Positions 11,034 to 22,760 of a stretch of DNA of 64,000 bases are shown one piece after another; position 1 is the first letter of the stretch; every line of letters starts with the position of its first letter. Under the pieces are notes generated by a model. That model was not told the origin of the DNA, searched no databases, and worked only from the letters and a program-made list of their open reading frames with translations. Position numbers and translations under genes: made by a program. The stretch comes from an uncultured Methanosarcinaceae archaeon (GTDB lineage: Archaea > Halobacteriota > Methanosarcinia > Methanosarcinales > Methanosarcinaceae): assembly GCA_963833425.1 (NCBI GenBank), contig CAWHXP010000002.1, forward strand, positions 256,001 to 320,000, read 5' to 3'.

Positions 11034-12845
11034 TTGAGCGAAAATAGTGATATAACAGACAAAGTGATCGCTGGAAGATTATGGAAAGGCGTTGGATACA
11101 AGTGGATTGCACTGTTCAATGTGACCTTAGCAACTTTGATGGGGTCTACCGATAACAGCATTGTTCTGATCGCGCTGCCTACGATATTTAAGGGCATACA
11201 GATTAACCCTATGTCTCCTGACGTATTTCAATATCTTCTGTGGATCCTGATGGGCTATGGGCTGGTAACTGCAACGCTGCTCCTCAGTTTCGGGCGACTT
11301 GCGGATATGTATGGTCGGGTGAAACTTTTCAGATTGGGTTTCCTTATATTTGCTATTGGATCAACCCTACTTTACCTTACTCCAAGCACCGGTAACACAG
11401 GTGCACTGGAACTGATTATTTTCCGGTTCATACAGGCCGTGGGTAGTGCGTTCACCATGTCAAACGGTGCAGCTATTATCACAGACGCTTTTCCGGCTAG
11501 TGAGAGGGGAAAGGCCCTAGGCATAAATATGGTTGCTTTTATGTCTGGTCAGTTCATTGGCTTATTGTTGGGTGGAGTGCTAGCAGTATATAACTGGAGA
11601 TATGTGTTTTTAGTCAGCGTCCCATTTGCTATATTTGGGACAATATGGTCTTACTGGAAGTTAAAGGAAGTTTCTTTCCGTGCACCAAAAACAAGCATCG
11701 ATTTCTTGGGCAATTTGGTCTTCATTGGTGGGCTAACATCTCTGCTAGTTGGTGTAACCTATGGCCTGATGCCGTACAAGCATGATGGCATCACCGATGC
11801 TATGGGCTGGGGAAACCCCTGGGTAATTAGGGCAATCATTGTTGGCATACTACTTTTGATTATTTTCCCATTTGTAGAGAGCAAGGTGAAGAATCCTATG
11901 TTCAGATTAGAGTTCTTTAGGATCCGGGCTTTCACCTACGCAAATCTCGCCAGCTTCTCAGCAGCTATTTCGCGGGGAGGCGTCATGTTTATGCTTATTA
12001 TGCTATTGCAAGGTATCTGGCTGCCACTTCATGGTTATCGCTTCGAAGATACACCTTTTTGGGCAGGTATCTACATGCTTCCCATGACTTTTGGATTTGT
12101 CGTTATGGGCCCTATCTCGGGGATGCTTTCGGATAAGTATGGGCCAAGATGGATCGCTACCTGTGGAATGACCCTTGTGACTCTAGTCTTTATTGGGCTT
12201 TCAATGCTTCCCTATAACTTTGATTATTGGGAATTAGGACTCCTAATTTTCCTAATGGGTGCTGGTAATGGCATGTTTAGCTCTCCTAATAGTTCGTCAG
12301 TCATGAACTCAGTGCCACCGCAAGATCGGGGCGTAGCATCTGGTACGATGTTCACACTAACAAGTTCGGCCAATACGGTAAGTATGGCTGTGTTTTTCAC
12401 TATTGTTATCGTAGGCATCAAGGGAGCTTTTCCAGGAGCTATACATGACTATTTCGCTAGCCTTGGATCCTTACAGATTAATCCCATTGTGCAACAACTC
12501 GCAGGCCGGCTAGCTAGCATGTCACCGACCAACGCGTTATTCTCTGCTTTCCTAGGGTACAATCCAATGGGCTCAATCCTGGACTCCATGGATCCTCATA
12601 TCGTCAGCGAGATACCGCAACAGATCGTGACCACCCTAACAAGCAGATACTGGTTCCCACAGACGTTGCAACAGGCTTTTATGCCAGCGCTTCAGCTTGC
12701 GTTCAGAATCGGAGCTGTACTCTCAGGCATAGCTGCGGTATTGTCTGCAATGAGGGGCAAACGATATGTTCACGAAACCCATTTCTCAGCTAACGATGTT
12801 AGCAAAAGTGGTATTGAAGGAAGAGGAAAGAGGGAGCAGACTTGA
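11034..12845 (+). CDS. MFS transporter, DHA2/EmrB-QacA-like efflux type
   Basis: Multiple TM helices; GRLADMYGR motif A; ERGKALG. Likely TTG start at 11034, just after the padR stop (ORF open from 10914). Confidence 0.88.
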   Translation: MSENSDITDKVIAGRLWKGVGYKWIALFNVTLATLMGSTDNSIVLIALPTIFKGIQINPMSPDVFQYLLWILMGYGLVTATLLLSFGRLADMYGRVKLFRLGFLIFAIGSTLLYLTPSTGNTGALELIIFRFIQAVGSAFTMSNGAAIITDAFPASERGKALGINMVAFMSGQFIGLLLGGVLAVYNWRYVFLVSVPFAIFGTIWSYWKLKEVSFRAPKTSIDFLGNLVFIGGLTSLLVGVTYGLMPYKHDGITDAMGWGNPWVIRAIIVGILLLIIFPFVESKVKNPMFRLEFFRIRAFTYANLASFSAAISRGGVMFMLIMLLQGIWLPLHGYRFEDTPFWAGIYMLPMTFGFVVMGPISGMLSDKYGPRWIATCGMTLVTLVFIGLSMLPYNFDYWELGLLIFLMGAGNGMFSSPNSSSVMNSVPPQDRGVASGTMFTLTSSANTVSMAVFFTIVIVGIKGAFPGAIHDYFASLGSLQINPIVQQLAGRLASMSPTNALFSAFLGYNPMGSILDSMDPHIVSEIPQQIVTTLTSRYWFPQTLQQAFMPALQLAFRIGAVLSGIAAVLSAMRGKRYVHETHFSANDVSKSGIEGRGKREQT

Positions 12846-12985
12846 TAATTGACATTCTAGATAATATCAGTTGAAGAGTACTGATTGGCAGGTTTGTGAA
12901 AAATTAGCTTCAACGCATAAAATAATTTTTTTAAAATATTAATTCTTAAATTTTGGGAACGTGCAACTAAAAAGGAGATTATTAA

Positions 12986-13909
12986 ATGAAAGAGAACCAA
13001 GCTAGTTTTACTGCAATGTCTGTGGCTTACATGCGTGCCTATCATTCCATGTATGAGACTCCTAAAATTTTTGATGACTTTTTGGCCTATGATTTGATAC
13101 CAGAGGAAAAACGAGTACTAATCGAACAACATTTTATTGAACAATATGTTACTTTGGATCAACAATTCAATGATCATGGAAATGCTGTATCGCTCTCCGA
13201 TCGAATTACTACTTCAGAGTCCTTAATGCAAGCAATTAATAATGTTATCAGTCGTGCTCGATACACGGAAGATACCTTGAAGGAAGCTTTCAGGCAAGGA
13301 GTTAAGCAATATGTAATTCTTGGGGCAGGAATGGATACATTTGCATTCAGGCAATCCGAAATGATGGAAGAGTTGGAAGTATTTGAGGTAGATCACCCCG
13401 CCACTCAAGAATTTAAGCTCCATCGCCTTGCCGAGTTGGGATGGAAACATCCAGCAAAATTACACTTCATTCCGATAGATTTCACAAAGGAAAGTTTAGT
13501 TTCAGCACTCACTCGCTCATCATCTTATAACCCAAAAATTAAAAGTTTTTTCAGTTGGTTCGGTGTTACCCCGTACTTGCCACAAAAAGATGTGTTGGCA
13601 ACACTGCGTTTTATCGCTGATGTTGCTCCTGTTGGCAGTACTCTAGTTTTCGATTATATTGATACCGATGCATTTATACCCGAAAAACTGTCTCCACAAA
13701 TGCGAGAGCTAATAGAGTATTTGAATAAAATAGGTGAACCAATGAAAAGTAGGGGCTTCAATCCGTCAAACTTGGTCGAAGACCTCGCAAGTTTAGGATT
13801 CCAGCTATATGAGGATCTGAGCCCGAAAGATATCGAAGGACGTTATTTGCAAGGACGCAAGTATGGACATTATGAGCATGGACATTTTGCATGTGCGCTT
13901 GTCGATTAA
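12986..13909 (+). CDS. Class I SAM-dependent methyltransferase (LCM/YktD-like)
   Basis: QYVILGAGMDTFAFR and VFEVDHPATQEFK motifs. Confidence 0.88.
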   Translation: MKENQASFTAMSVAYMRAYHSMYETPKIFDDFLAYDLIPEEKRVLIEQHFIEQYVTLDQQFNDHGNAVSLSDRITTSESLMQAINNVISRARYTEDTLKEAFRQGVKQYVILGAGMDTFAFRQSEMMEELEVFEVDHPATQEFKLHRLAELGWKHPAKLHFIPIDFTKESLVSALTRSSSYNPKIKSFFSWFGVTPYLPQKDVLATLRFIADVAPVGSTLVFDYIDTDAFIPEKLSPQMRELIEYLNKIGEPMKSRGFNPSNLVEDLASLGFQLYEDLSPKDIEGRYLQGRKYGHYEHGHFACALVD

Positions 13910-14258
13910 TTAAAATCATAATTCATTTACTTGCCTAACGACAGCAAAGTTTGTCATTAATTTGCTACTCAACTTTTAGGTGCAAATTTTCGTGCAAATG
14001 CACTCAAGGGATAGAAACTGTCCCATGGACCGTACAAAATTCACGATATTTGTCCATTAATAGTTGTGAATTTCTGCTGAAAACATCAAATCAGATATCT
14101 GAGTATCGAATTATTAAGTCTAAAATTACTTGACTAATTTTACATTCAGAGCCTCCTCTGAAAGTATGGAAAACGCGGAAGAAGGAAATAAGAGCACAAG
14201 GATTTCTGTGCTTTCCATGGTTATAAATCTTAAATGAAATTAACCATTAAATTCAATG

Positions 14259-15407
14259 TTACATGGCTTTCCTGTAAATCTCAATAATATCTTCTTTTGA
14301 GAAACATCTGGGATTTGTTAGGCGGCAGTGATCCTGCATGGCATTTTCAGCCAGAATTTCAATGTCTTCTTCCCTAGCCCCGAGTTCCTTTAAGCCAATA
14401 GGAATTCCAATCTCAGTTGCAAGCTTTTTGATGGCATCTATGGCTTTATCTGCAGCTTTTTCCAAACTTAAGCCTTCTATATTCTCTCCCATTGACTTTG
14501 CGATATTCGCAAAACGTTCCGGACATACCTGCTTGTTGTAGATCTCCACATAAGGCAGGAGGATTGCATTGCAGATTCCGTGCGGAAGATTATAAAATCC
14601 ACCTAGCTGATGAGCCATTGAATGTACATAGCCAAGGCTTGCATTGTTGAAAGCAATGCCTGCTAGATATTCAGCGTGTGCCATCATGTCCCTTGTTCTT
14701 ACATCCTCTCCATTAGCAACGGCTTTTCGCAAGTATTTTGAGATAAGTTCGATTGCCTTGATGGCAGCTGCATCAGTGGTCGGGGTAGCCATGGTGGAAA
14801 CGTAAGCTTCAACTGCATGAGTAAGGGCATCCATCCCGGTTGCAGCCGTGAGTTCAGGCGGCATACTTACCATCAGCTCGGGATCGTTGACTGCTACGTC
14901 AGGAGTGATGTGGGAGTCAACGATTGCCATCTTGATATATCTCTTTGTGTCCGTAATAATTGTAACCCTTGTCATCTCGCTTCCAGTACCCGCTGTTGTG
15001 TTTACTGCAATAAGCGGTGGAATTCCTTTCGTAACTTTCCCCACTCCTTCGTAATCATTAATTTTCCCTCCATTCTTAACTACAACGCCAACTGCCTTTG
15101 CACAGTCCATTGGACTTCCTCCACCAACTGCGACGATCATATCGCAGAGTTCATTTTTGTAGATTTTTGCTCCTTCCATGATAGAATTGTCAGTGGGATT
15201 CGGTTCTGCTCCAGCAAAGATTGCTGCTTTTAGCCCTGCATTTTCAATGATTTTCTTTATATCTTCAGCAAGCTTTTCTCCATGTCTACTTTTGCCTGAA
15301 ACAATCAAGGCTTTCGTGCCCCCAAGTTCCTTTGCCTGCTTTCCGATTCTTTTTACGCAGCCAGGCCCCATGAGCGCTACCCTTGGGTTCAGATATGTAT
15401 ATATCAT
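14259..15407 (-). CDS. Iron-containing (group III) alcohol dehydrogenase
   Basis: GGGSPMD, TTAGTGSE, GMDALTHAVE, HSMAHQLG and PHG metal ligands; ATG at 15407. Confidence 0.92.
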   Translation of the reverse strand: MIYTYLNPRVALMGPGCVKRIGKQAKELGGTKALIVSGKSRHGEKLAEDIKKIIENAGLKAAIFAGAEPNPTDNSIMEGAKIYKNELCDMIVAVGGGSPMDCAKAVGVVVKNGGKINDYEGVGKVTKGIPPLIAVNTTAGTGSEMTRVTIITDTKRYIKMAIVDSHITPDVAVNDPELMVSMPPELTAATGMDALTHAVEAYVSTMATPTTDAAAIKAIELISKYLRKAVANGEDVRTRDMMAHAEYLAGIAFNNASLGYVHSMAHQLGGFYNLPHGICNAILLPYVEIYNKQVCPERFANIAKSMGENIEGLSLEKAADKAIDAIKKLATEIGIPIGLKELGAREEDIEILAENAMQDHCRLTNPRCFSKEDIIEIYRKAM

Positions 15408-16594
15408 GAGTTTCACTTCCTTTAATCACAATTTCCAAAATTTTCAAATTGTTATCAAAAACACAAACTATCTATTGAAATTATTTTTATCTCTCCGGCT
15501 AATAACTTTTTGCTCCGTAAAAGGGTTTATCTGAGCAGCGAGTATAAAGCAGGGTAAAAGATAGATACTTTTTGTAATTTGTATTATCCTCTTTTTCTAG
15601 AATTATTACTCGTAGAAAATTTATTCTTGTACTACAATTGCGTAAATCCTAAATACAAAATAAATATCAACTTCAGGTACATACATCAACCCCATTATCG
15701 TTATCTAGTGGTCGAACGAAGATAAATAAAGAACATACCTATATGGCTATTACAGGGGCTATAAATAGGTTGTCTGCAATATTAAGTAAAAACTTGTGAC
15801 GAAGTATGTCTAAGTCAAGTGGTTTTCTTGCATTAAATACGATTGAAAAACCTGAATATGGTGGATCACCATCATTACTTTAGCTTTCTACTTTGATTAA
15901 ATATTTTTAATATTTGCCTTTAAGATAGAATTGTCGATCTTTTATTTCTGTTTTAGAATATATTCAAATGATTTAGTCAACTACTTCACACTAAGTTATA
16001 GGGCAGTTGACTGCCATTCATTTCATGTATAATTTTTTTGTGGCAATAATTTATGCATTTTCTAGGGCCGCTTCAATTGCATCTTATGATTAGGACATCC
16101 CTTCAAGATGTAGAGTCTGAGGTCCTCAAAGGTCAATACTTTCAGCGCCACATCATTATTTCGGTATGAAAAAAGCAGACAGATTTGGATTTGAAAATGC
16201 TTTACTAATAGAATTAACTCTACGAGCCAAGTGACCATTAAAAAATAGGATTATACTTACTTATTTTGTGTGCTTACGTATGGTAGTCAAGCATTCTTAG
16301 ATATTTGCTGGTATAATTGTCTGAAGTCTTTTTAAACTTAATAGAAAATTATTGTATTAAGGAAAATAAATACTATTGAATTTATATATTTTAGAGTATA
16401 TTAATGTAGTAAACATATTTGTTCTCATATGGATGCTTATAATGTGTATTTTAGTGTGAATATAATAATTATACTTATTGAAACAAATTTAGGCATGAAT
16501 TTTCAAAAAATTAGATTTCTAGCCGAATAGTGAAAATTGTCTAGTTATCCACAATTTTTTTAAAATTCCTGTGAAAAAATAAGGGGGTAAATAA

Positions 16595-17035
16595 ATGGGA
16601 AAATTAAAATTATACAAAAGAATGGGAGTACTTGCTGTTCTATTTGCCGTTCTTTTTGTGATATTTGTGACATCAGCTGCAGCAGCACAAACATATAATG
16701 TGTTAATAGTAGAAACAGCATCTCCAATGACTTATAGTGCTGTAGGGCAAAATATCACATTCGACTATGCTGTGTTCAACATAGGATCTTCACCGATCCC
16801 AGGATACATTAATGTTACAGGCAACAAAACTGGAATAGTGGTTCTCTCCGACGGTGTTCCAGAACTTGATGCTATTGGTGGAACATATTCTTCACCTTTT
16901 GTTACAGGACAGGCAAACTACACAATAACGCAAGCAGATCTTGATATTGGTTCCATAACCAATTCTGTGAGTATAACAACACCGCAGTCGATATCAGGAA
17001 TTACTAGTGATACTGCAACCGTAAAAGCCTTATAG
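16595..17035 (+). CDS. Secreted or surface protein with one Ig-like (DUF11-like) repeat, probably truncated
   Basis: Signal peptide; YxVxNxG...YTITQADLDxGSITN. A decayed second repeat (TYKITWADLE) follows at about 17220-17270. Confidence 0.6.
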   Translation: MGKLKLYKRMGVLAVLFAVLFVIFVTSAAAAQTYNVLIVETASPMTYSAVGQNITFDYAVFNIGSSPIPGYINVTGNKTGIVVLSDGVPELDAIGGTYSSPFVTGQANYTITQADLDIGSITNSVSITTPQSISGITSDTATVKAL

Positions 17036-17480
17036 AGGCCAGCTTTATAAAACTACATTATCATTTCCATAAGTTTATTTCCGATATAGCAGGATCTCCA
17101 ACTATTATGTAGCTAACTTTGGAAAGATTAGCAGCAAAGGAAATTTTACATTATAGATAATTGAAATGTCAAACCTCTATACCAAATACGTATCTTGATC
17201 AATGTAAAAGAGTTAAAGAAACAGATACGTACAAAATAACATGGGCAGATCTGGAGTCATGTTTTGTGAACCATTTATCAAATGGGAAACTGTTCATTCA
17301 ATAACCAACCAGTAATTTCATGCAATAGTACTGCGACAGTTATCCATGAATAACATAGTGGATAACCCACGCTAATTTTGCGTAAATTTCTACAGTAACG
17401 TATTGCCACAAAACTTTAAATAGAATAATGCAAGAACGAATCGATGATATTTACTGTTCACATATAATGGACGAAGTAGA

Positions 17481-17570
17481 GAAGATCTCGATATATCGTT
17501 GATTTTCAAGAGTCAATTAATATACCACTTATGCGCATATGACAAAATTTAAAGGTTTATCAAAATTCTC
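17481..17570 (+). mobile_element. ~88-bp MITE with IS5-type ends (copy 1)
   Basis: Ends GAAGATCTCGATA and GGTTTATCAAAATTCTC resemble the IS5 TIR at 1232/2363. Internal ATTTTCA and ATGACAAAAT are shared with the other copies. Confidence 0.7.
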
Positions 17571-18551
17571 CTATGTTAATTTGACGATGCCAATTTATTA
17601 GAAATTCACATTAATTTAAAAAGCAGCCTAAGCTTTTTCTTGTAAGAAAATTTTGCTGATTCACTTAATTTTGAACAGTGGAATAGACGCTAGAACCTAA
17701 TCCCAAATTTATTGGAGAATTAGTTACAACGATACCTATTTAGTCATCAAAAAAGTTAATTGTTATCTGTTTTAGCTCAATAAATAATTCTGATGTGTAT
17801 TAACAACACGGCAATTGATGTTTTTTTCCTGGCTGAGAGTTACTATTAATATAATATATACGCGCTTTTAAGACACAATGTCAAAATATAGTGATAAACG
17901 TAAAAAAAAACGTAAAAAAGTAAAGTTGAGAATCACTAGATTTTGAAAATTATCACAATTATTTGAATGTGACCTATTTACTGATGTAGGAAGAATTCAA
18001 ATACAGAATTTATTGAAGACCAAATTCTCCTTCGCAATTTAGATTTCAATCAAAAAATGTAAAATCACTAAATTTTGAACTAAGTCGCTGTTAAATAGTA
18101 TATGAAGTCTTTATAATTAATTTAAATACATTTCTTCATCGATTAAGAAATTTTCTGCCTGCTTGCTATAGATTTATGACACAAAATAATCCCAAATTTT
18201 GAAAATCAACATAGTCAGACACTTTGACCCAACTTGCTATCGGAGAATATCTTATTTAACTATTAGGGGAAATACATCACTATAATCTCTTATCACAAGT
18301 TAAGTTTTCGGCCTCATTATTACAGAATTAAGCACTAGGTAGCGTAAAAAATAGGGCTTATGTAGGAAGTTAACGACAAGTAAGCTTAATATTGAAACTT
18401 GGAGAAATCACTATTATCACGTAAAGGGAACGGCACAGTTAGCTAGTTCAGTTAAGATTCAAGTTGTGATTGTTGAAGTGTGGATAAGAAAACTTATGGA
18501 TGAAACAGATGTTATTAGTTTTGATGATATATAGGGGAGGAACTTAAAAAT

Positions 18552-19103
18552 ATGAATTTAATAACTACGAAAATAAGTGACCTCTTCGTACTTGAACCTA
18601 AAGTTTTTGGGGACCACCGAGGTTACTTTTTTGAAAGTTATAACAAAATAACACTTGATAATCTTTTGGGAAAGAGGTATGATTTCGTTCAGGATAATGA
18701 GTCAAAGTCTTACTATGGAGTGGTACGAGGTCTGCATTATCAATTGGCTCCTTTTAGTCAAACAAAACTTATTAGGGTTTTGCAAGGGAAAGTATATGAC
18801 ATTGCAGTAGATCTTAGGAAAGAATCCCCTACTTTTCTGTATTGGGTTGGAGTTGAGCTTTCTGCTGAAAATAAAAAACAACTTTTGATTCCAAAAGGAT
18901 TTGCTCACGGTTTTTCCGTTCTAAGTGAAAGTGCCATATTTGCATATAAATGTGATGAATATTACCACCCTGAGGTTGAAGCAGGAATTATTTATAATGA
19001 CCCTTCATTGAATATTGACTGGAAAATAAAAGATGAAGATGTGAAAATTTCTCAGAAAGATATGCTGCTCCCAAAATTGGAAAAAGCTAACATGAATTTT
19101 TAA
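18552..19103 (+). CDS. rmlC: dTDP-4-dehydrorhamnose 3,5-epimerase
   Basis: DHRGYFFE, FVQDNES, RGLHYQ and GFAHGF motifs. Confidence 0.95.
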   Translation: MNLITTKISDLFVLEPKVFGDHRGYFFESYNKITLDNLLGKRYDFVQDNESKSYYGVVRGLHYQLAPFSQTKLIRVLQGKVYDIAVDLRKESPTFLYWVGVELSAENKKQLLIPKGFAHGFSVLSESAIFAYKCDEYYHPEVEAGIIYNDPSLNIDWKIKDEDVKISQKDMLLPKLEKANMNF

Positions 19104-19150
19104 AACTTCAATGAACTGTTGTCATTTTATTGCATTTCCAGATTATGCAT

Positions 19151-19237
19151 GAGAATTTGATAAACCTTATATTTTGTCATAGGCCTATAACTGGCATATA
19201 ATTGACTTGTGAAAATCATAGGTTTATCGAAATCCTC
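19151..19237 (-). mobile_element. ~88-bp MITE with IS5-type ends (copy 2, inverted), between rmlC and rmlB
   Basis: GAGAATTTGATAAACC...GGTTTATCGAAATCCTC. The reverse complement aligns with copy 1. Confidence 0.8.
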
Positions 19238-19261
19238 TATAATTTATTAACATATTTAGAG

Positions 19262-20227
19262 GTGGCCAGAACGAAATTGCTAGTAACAGGGGGTTGTGGA
19301 TTCATAGGCAGCAATTTCATCAATTATATGATGAAAAAGTACCCAGATTATCAAATTGTAAATCTTGACAAACTAACTTATGCCGGAAATCCTACAAATC
19401 TAAAGGATATTGAAAATAATCCGAATTATTTTTTTGTACAGGGAGATATCTGTGATTCTCGAATTGTTAATGAAGTAATGGAACAAGTGGATAAAATTGT
19501 CCATTTTGCAGCCGAAAGCCATGTTGACCGCTCAATTGAGGATGGATCGGTTTTTGTCAGAACAAACGTCCTCGGAACTAATACTCTTCTGCAAAGTGCG
19601 CTTGCACATAATATAAACAAATTTATCCATATCTCAACAGACGAAGTCTATGGCAGCATTAAAGAAGGCTTTTTTACCGAAATGGATAAGCTTAATCCTT
19701 CAAGTCCATATTCTTCAAGCAAAGCATGTTCTGATCTTCTTGCTTTGTCCTACTATACAACTTACGGTTTGCCAGTATGTGTGACCCGATGTACAAACAA
19801 CTTCGGGCCTTATCAGCACCCTGAAAAACTAATTCCATTTTTCATCAGCAGATTAATGGAAGGGAAAAAAGTTCCAATTTATGGCACAGGTCTGAACATT
19901 CGGGACTGGATCTATGTTGAAGATCATTGCTTTGCAGTAGATTTCGTCCTCCACAACGGAAGGATTGGAGAAATATATAATATAGATGGTGGAAACGAAC
20001 TTACAAACCTTGAAATCACTCATCACATTCTAAAAATACTTGGCAAAGACGAATCTTCAATTGAATATGTGCAAGATCGAAAAGGTCATGATTTTCGTTA
20101 TTCTCTTGATGGAAGTAAACTGGTAAAAATGGGCTGGAAGCCAACGTATAACTTTGATACCGCCCTTGAACAAACAGTGAGGTGGTATGTTGAAAATAGA
20201 TGGTGGTGGGAACCATTAAAGCGCTAA
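19262..20227 (+). CDS. rmlB: dTDP-glucose 4,6-dehydratase
   Basis: LLVTGGCGFIGSNF, DKLTYAGN, HFAAESHVDRS, STDEVYG and YSSSK. Start is GTG 19262 or ACG 19271. Confidence 0.93.
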   Translation: MARTKLLVTGGCGFIGSNFINYMMKKYPDYQIVNLDKLTYAGNPTNLKDIENNPNYFFVQGDICDSRIVNEVMEQVDKIVHFAAESHVDRSIEDGSVFVRTNVLGTNTLLQSALAHNINKFIHISTDEVYGSIKEGFFTEMDKLNPSSPYSSSKACSDLLALSYYTTYGLPVCVTRCTNNFGPYQHPEKLIPFFISRLMEGKKVPIYGTGLNIRDWIYVEDHCFAVDFVLHNGRIGEIYNIDGGNELTNLEITHHILKILGKDESSIEYVQDRKGHDFRYSLDGSKLVKMGWKPTYNFDTALEQTVRWYVENRWWWEPLKR

Positions 20228-21009
20228 TTATTGGTGCAAGTGGAATGCTCGGATTCGACCTCTGCAAAGTGTTTACTACTTCTGTTAAACTAACACACAA
20301 GGAACTTGACATAATAAATAGAGATCAGGTTTTGGGGTCTATCCAAAGAATAAAACCGAATCTTGTGATAAATGCAGCTGCCTATACTGATGTTGAAGGC
20401 TGTGAGACTAACCAGGAACTGGCACTTCAGGTCAATGCATATGGGCCCGGATATATTGCTGAAGCCTGTAATAAAATAGGTGCAACACTTGTACACTTTA
20501 GTACAGACTATGTGTTTGACGGTTCTGATAATGAGTATATCGAGTCTGCGACTCCCAATCCTATCAATGTATATGGCCGATCAAAATTTTTTGGAGAACT
20601 GAAAATTGCAGAAAAGATGGATAATTACAGAATTGTCAGAATTTCTTGGTTATTTGGTACACACGGGAAAAATTTTGTAGAAACAATGCTTAAGCTATCC
20701 GGTGAGATGGCTGAAGTAAGGGTTGTAAATGATCAATTTGGAAAACCCACCTATACAGTAGACCTTGCACATAAAATTGCGGAAATTATCGAACTCAATC
20801 CCGGGATTTACCACCTAACAAATGAGGGTATATGTTCCTGGTATGAGTTTGCATCTGCCTTTCTAAATAACGTTGTCCCATGTAGAAGTGAAGAATTTCC
20901 AAGAAAAGCAAAACGCCCAAAGTATTCAGTTCTTGTAAATACCAAAACAGGACCTATGAAGCATTGGAAAGAAGCGCTTAAAGATTATCTAAGGGAGAAA
21001 AATCTATGA
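20200..21009 (+). CDS. rmlD: dTDP-4-dehydrorhamnose reductase
   Basis: GASGMLG, NAAAYTDV, STDYVFDG, YGRSK and VVNDQFGKPT motifs. Confidence 0.93.
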   Translation: MVVGTIKALIIGASGMLGFDLCKVFTTSVKLTHKELDIINRDQVLGSIQRIKPNLVINAAAYTDVEGCETNQELALQVNAYGPGYIAEACNKIGATLVHFSTDYVFDGSDNEYIESATPNPINVYGRSKFFGELKIAEKMDNYRIVRISWLFGTHGKNFVETMLKLSGEMAEVRVVNDQFGKPTYTVDLAHKIAEIIELNPGIYHLTNEGICSWYEFASAFLNNVVPCRSEEFPRKAKRPKYSVLVNTKTGPMKHWKEALKDYLREKNL

Positions 21010-21728
21010 AAGGCATAATACTTGCAGGAGGTACAGGTAGCCGGCTCTATCCCTTGACTAAGGTTACAAACAAGCACCTTTTGCCTGTATACGACAATCC
21101 AATGATATTTTATCCTATCCAGACTCTCATCGACGCAGGAATCAAAGAGATATTGATTGTATCTGGCAGAGGTCACGCAGGACACTTTCTCGAGCTTCTT
21201 GGATCAGGTGCAAATTTTGGGGTTAAGTTCACGTATGAAATTCAAGAAGAAGCCGGAGGGATCGCACAGGCTTTAGGCCTAGCAGAAAGTTTTTCGGATG
21301 ATGATGATGTCACCGTAATTCTCGGGGACAACATTTTTCAGGATAACATTAAAAGGGATGTTTTAAACTTCAAGGGCGGTGCCAAGATCTTCTTGAAGGA
21401 AGTTTCAGAAGCCCAAAGATTCGGAGTAGCTGAACTAAAAGGCAACAGGGTTGTAGGAATACAAGAGAAACCTCATAAGCCAAAAAGCAATTTTGCAGTT
21501 ACTGGTCTTTATATTTACAGCAATAAAGTTTTCGACGTGATTAAAAATCTCAAACCTTCTGCGCGATGTGAACTTGAGATTACTGATGTTAATAATTATT
21601 TCACTAATAAAGGAACTCTGGAGTACCGCATTCTTTATGGTTTTTGGAGTGATGCAGGTACATTTGAAAGTTTATTGAGGGCAGGAGTACTAATACAAAA
21701 TTATCGTAAAGACAAAAATACGGAGTAG
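21006..21728 (+). CDS. rmlA: Glucose-1-phosphate thymidylyltransferase (short form)
   Basis: KGIILAGGTGSRLYPLT, ELEITDVN and WSDAGT; ATGA overlap with rmlD. Confidence 0.92.
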   Translation: MKGIILAGGTGSRLYPLTKVTNKHLLPVYDNPMIFYPIQTLIDAGIKEILIVSGRGHAGHFLELLGSGANFGVKFTYEIQEEAGGIAQALGLAESFSDDDDVTVILGDNIFQDNIKRDVLNFKGGAKIFLKEVSEAQRFGVAELKGNRVVGIQEKPHKPKSNFAVTGLYIYSNKVFDVIKNLKPSARCELEITDVNNYFTNKGTLEYRILYGFWSDAGTFESLLRAGVLIQNYRKDKNTE

Positions 21729-21735
21729 AAAAGAT

Positions 21736-22590
21736 GGTTCCGTTGCAAAAAATCCTTTCTACTGATACAATAGAATAAAAAGAAAACCAAAGATGGTAAC
21801 ATGCTATCTAATTCCTTTAAATGGAAGCATTATGAAAGAGAAATTATCTTATTGAATGTAAGATGGTACTTAAAATACCCACTGAGCTATAGAAATTTAA
21901 AGGAAATGATGATAGAAAGAGGAATTCAAGTTGATCACAGTACTATAATGATATGGGTACATCAATATTCTCCTGAAATAGAAAAGAAGATAAGAAAACA
22001 TTTAAGGCCAACAAATGATTCGTGGAGAGTTGATGAAACCTATATCAAAGTAAAAAGTAAATGGAAATATCTTTATCGAGCAGTTGATTCAAATGGAGAT
22101 ACAATTGATTTCATGTTAAGTGCAAAAAGAAACCGAGCAGCTGCGAAGAGATTCTTTAAGAAAGCTTTAAGTTCGTATCATAATCAAATTCCAAAGGTAA
22201 TAACCGTTGATAAGAATCCAGCTTATCCATCTGCTATAGGTAAACTGAAAAATGATAAAATACTACCTAAAAACGTAGACATTCGACAAATCAAGTATCT
22301 GAATAATATCATAGAACAAGATCATAGATCTATAAAGCGAATCGTTAATCCAATGTTAGAATTTCAGTCTTTTCGATCTGCTAATAAAACCTTAAAAGGA
22401 ATTGAATCTATGAGTATGGTCAAAAAAGGACAAGTCAATAATATAAATTACTCTGTTTTTAATGAAGTCAAATACATTAATCAATTGTTTGGTATAGGTT
22501 TATAATGTTAGTACATTTTCTTTGAATATTTCGATTTTTATTCATTACTTATAGATTTACATATTTTTTTTAATTTTTTGCAACGGAACC
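21736..22590 (+). mobile_element. IS6-family insertion sequence, apparently intact
   Basis: Perfect TIR GGTTCCGTTGCAAAAAAT / ATTTTTTGCAACGGAACC; 855 bp; one uninterrupted transposase. Confidence 0.95.
21801..22505 (+). CDS. IS6-family transposase
   Basis: FKWKHY, WRVDETYIKV, YLYRAVDS, VDKN and NNIIEQDHR DDE motifs. Confidence 0.95.
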   Translation: MLSNSFKWKHYEREIILLNVRWYLKYPLSYRNLKEMMIERGIQVDHSTIMIWVHQYSPEIEKKIRKHLRPTNDSWRVDETYIKVKSKWKYLYRAVDSNGDTIDFMLSAKRNRAAAKRFFKKALSSYHNQIPKVITVDKNPAYPSAIGKLKNDKILPKNVDIRQIKYLNNIIEQDHRSIKRIVNPMLEFQSFRSANKTLKGIESMSMVKKGQVNNINYSVFNEVKYINQLFGIGL

Positions 22591-22760
22591 CAAAAAAAGC
22601 ATATTTAACCTTTTTGTAACCTTCAATCCTGTAATAAATCTTTAATTTCTCAAGTTGAACGATGAATTGAAAAACTAGTGCGCCGAAAGTTCTGTAAAAT
22701 AAGAAATATAAAAAAAATATTTAAAAGATAAAGTATTATTCGATTCTAATGGTGAAATAA

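Noticed and set aside
17033..17050. Pyrrolysine read-through at the TAG ending the 16595 ORF
   Set aside because: An in-frame TAA follows five codons later and the downstream repeat is decayed, so a nonsense lesion is more likely.
19202..19261. N-terminal extension of RmlB given by the ORF track
   Set aside because: The TTG start lies inside the MITE, and the conserved fold begins at about 19271.
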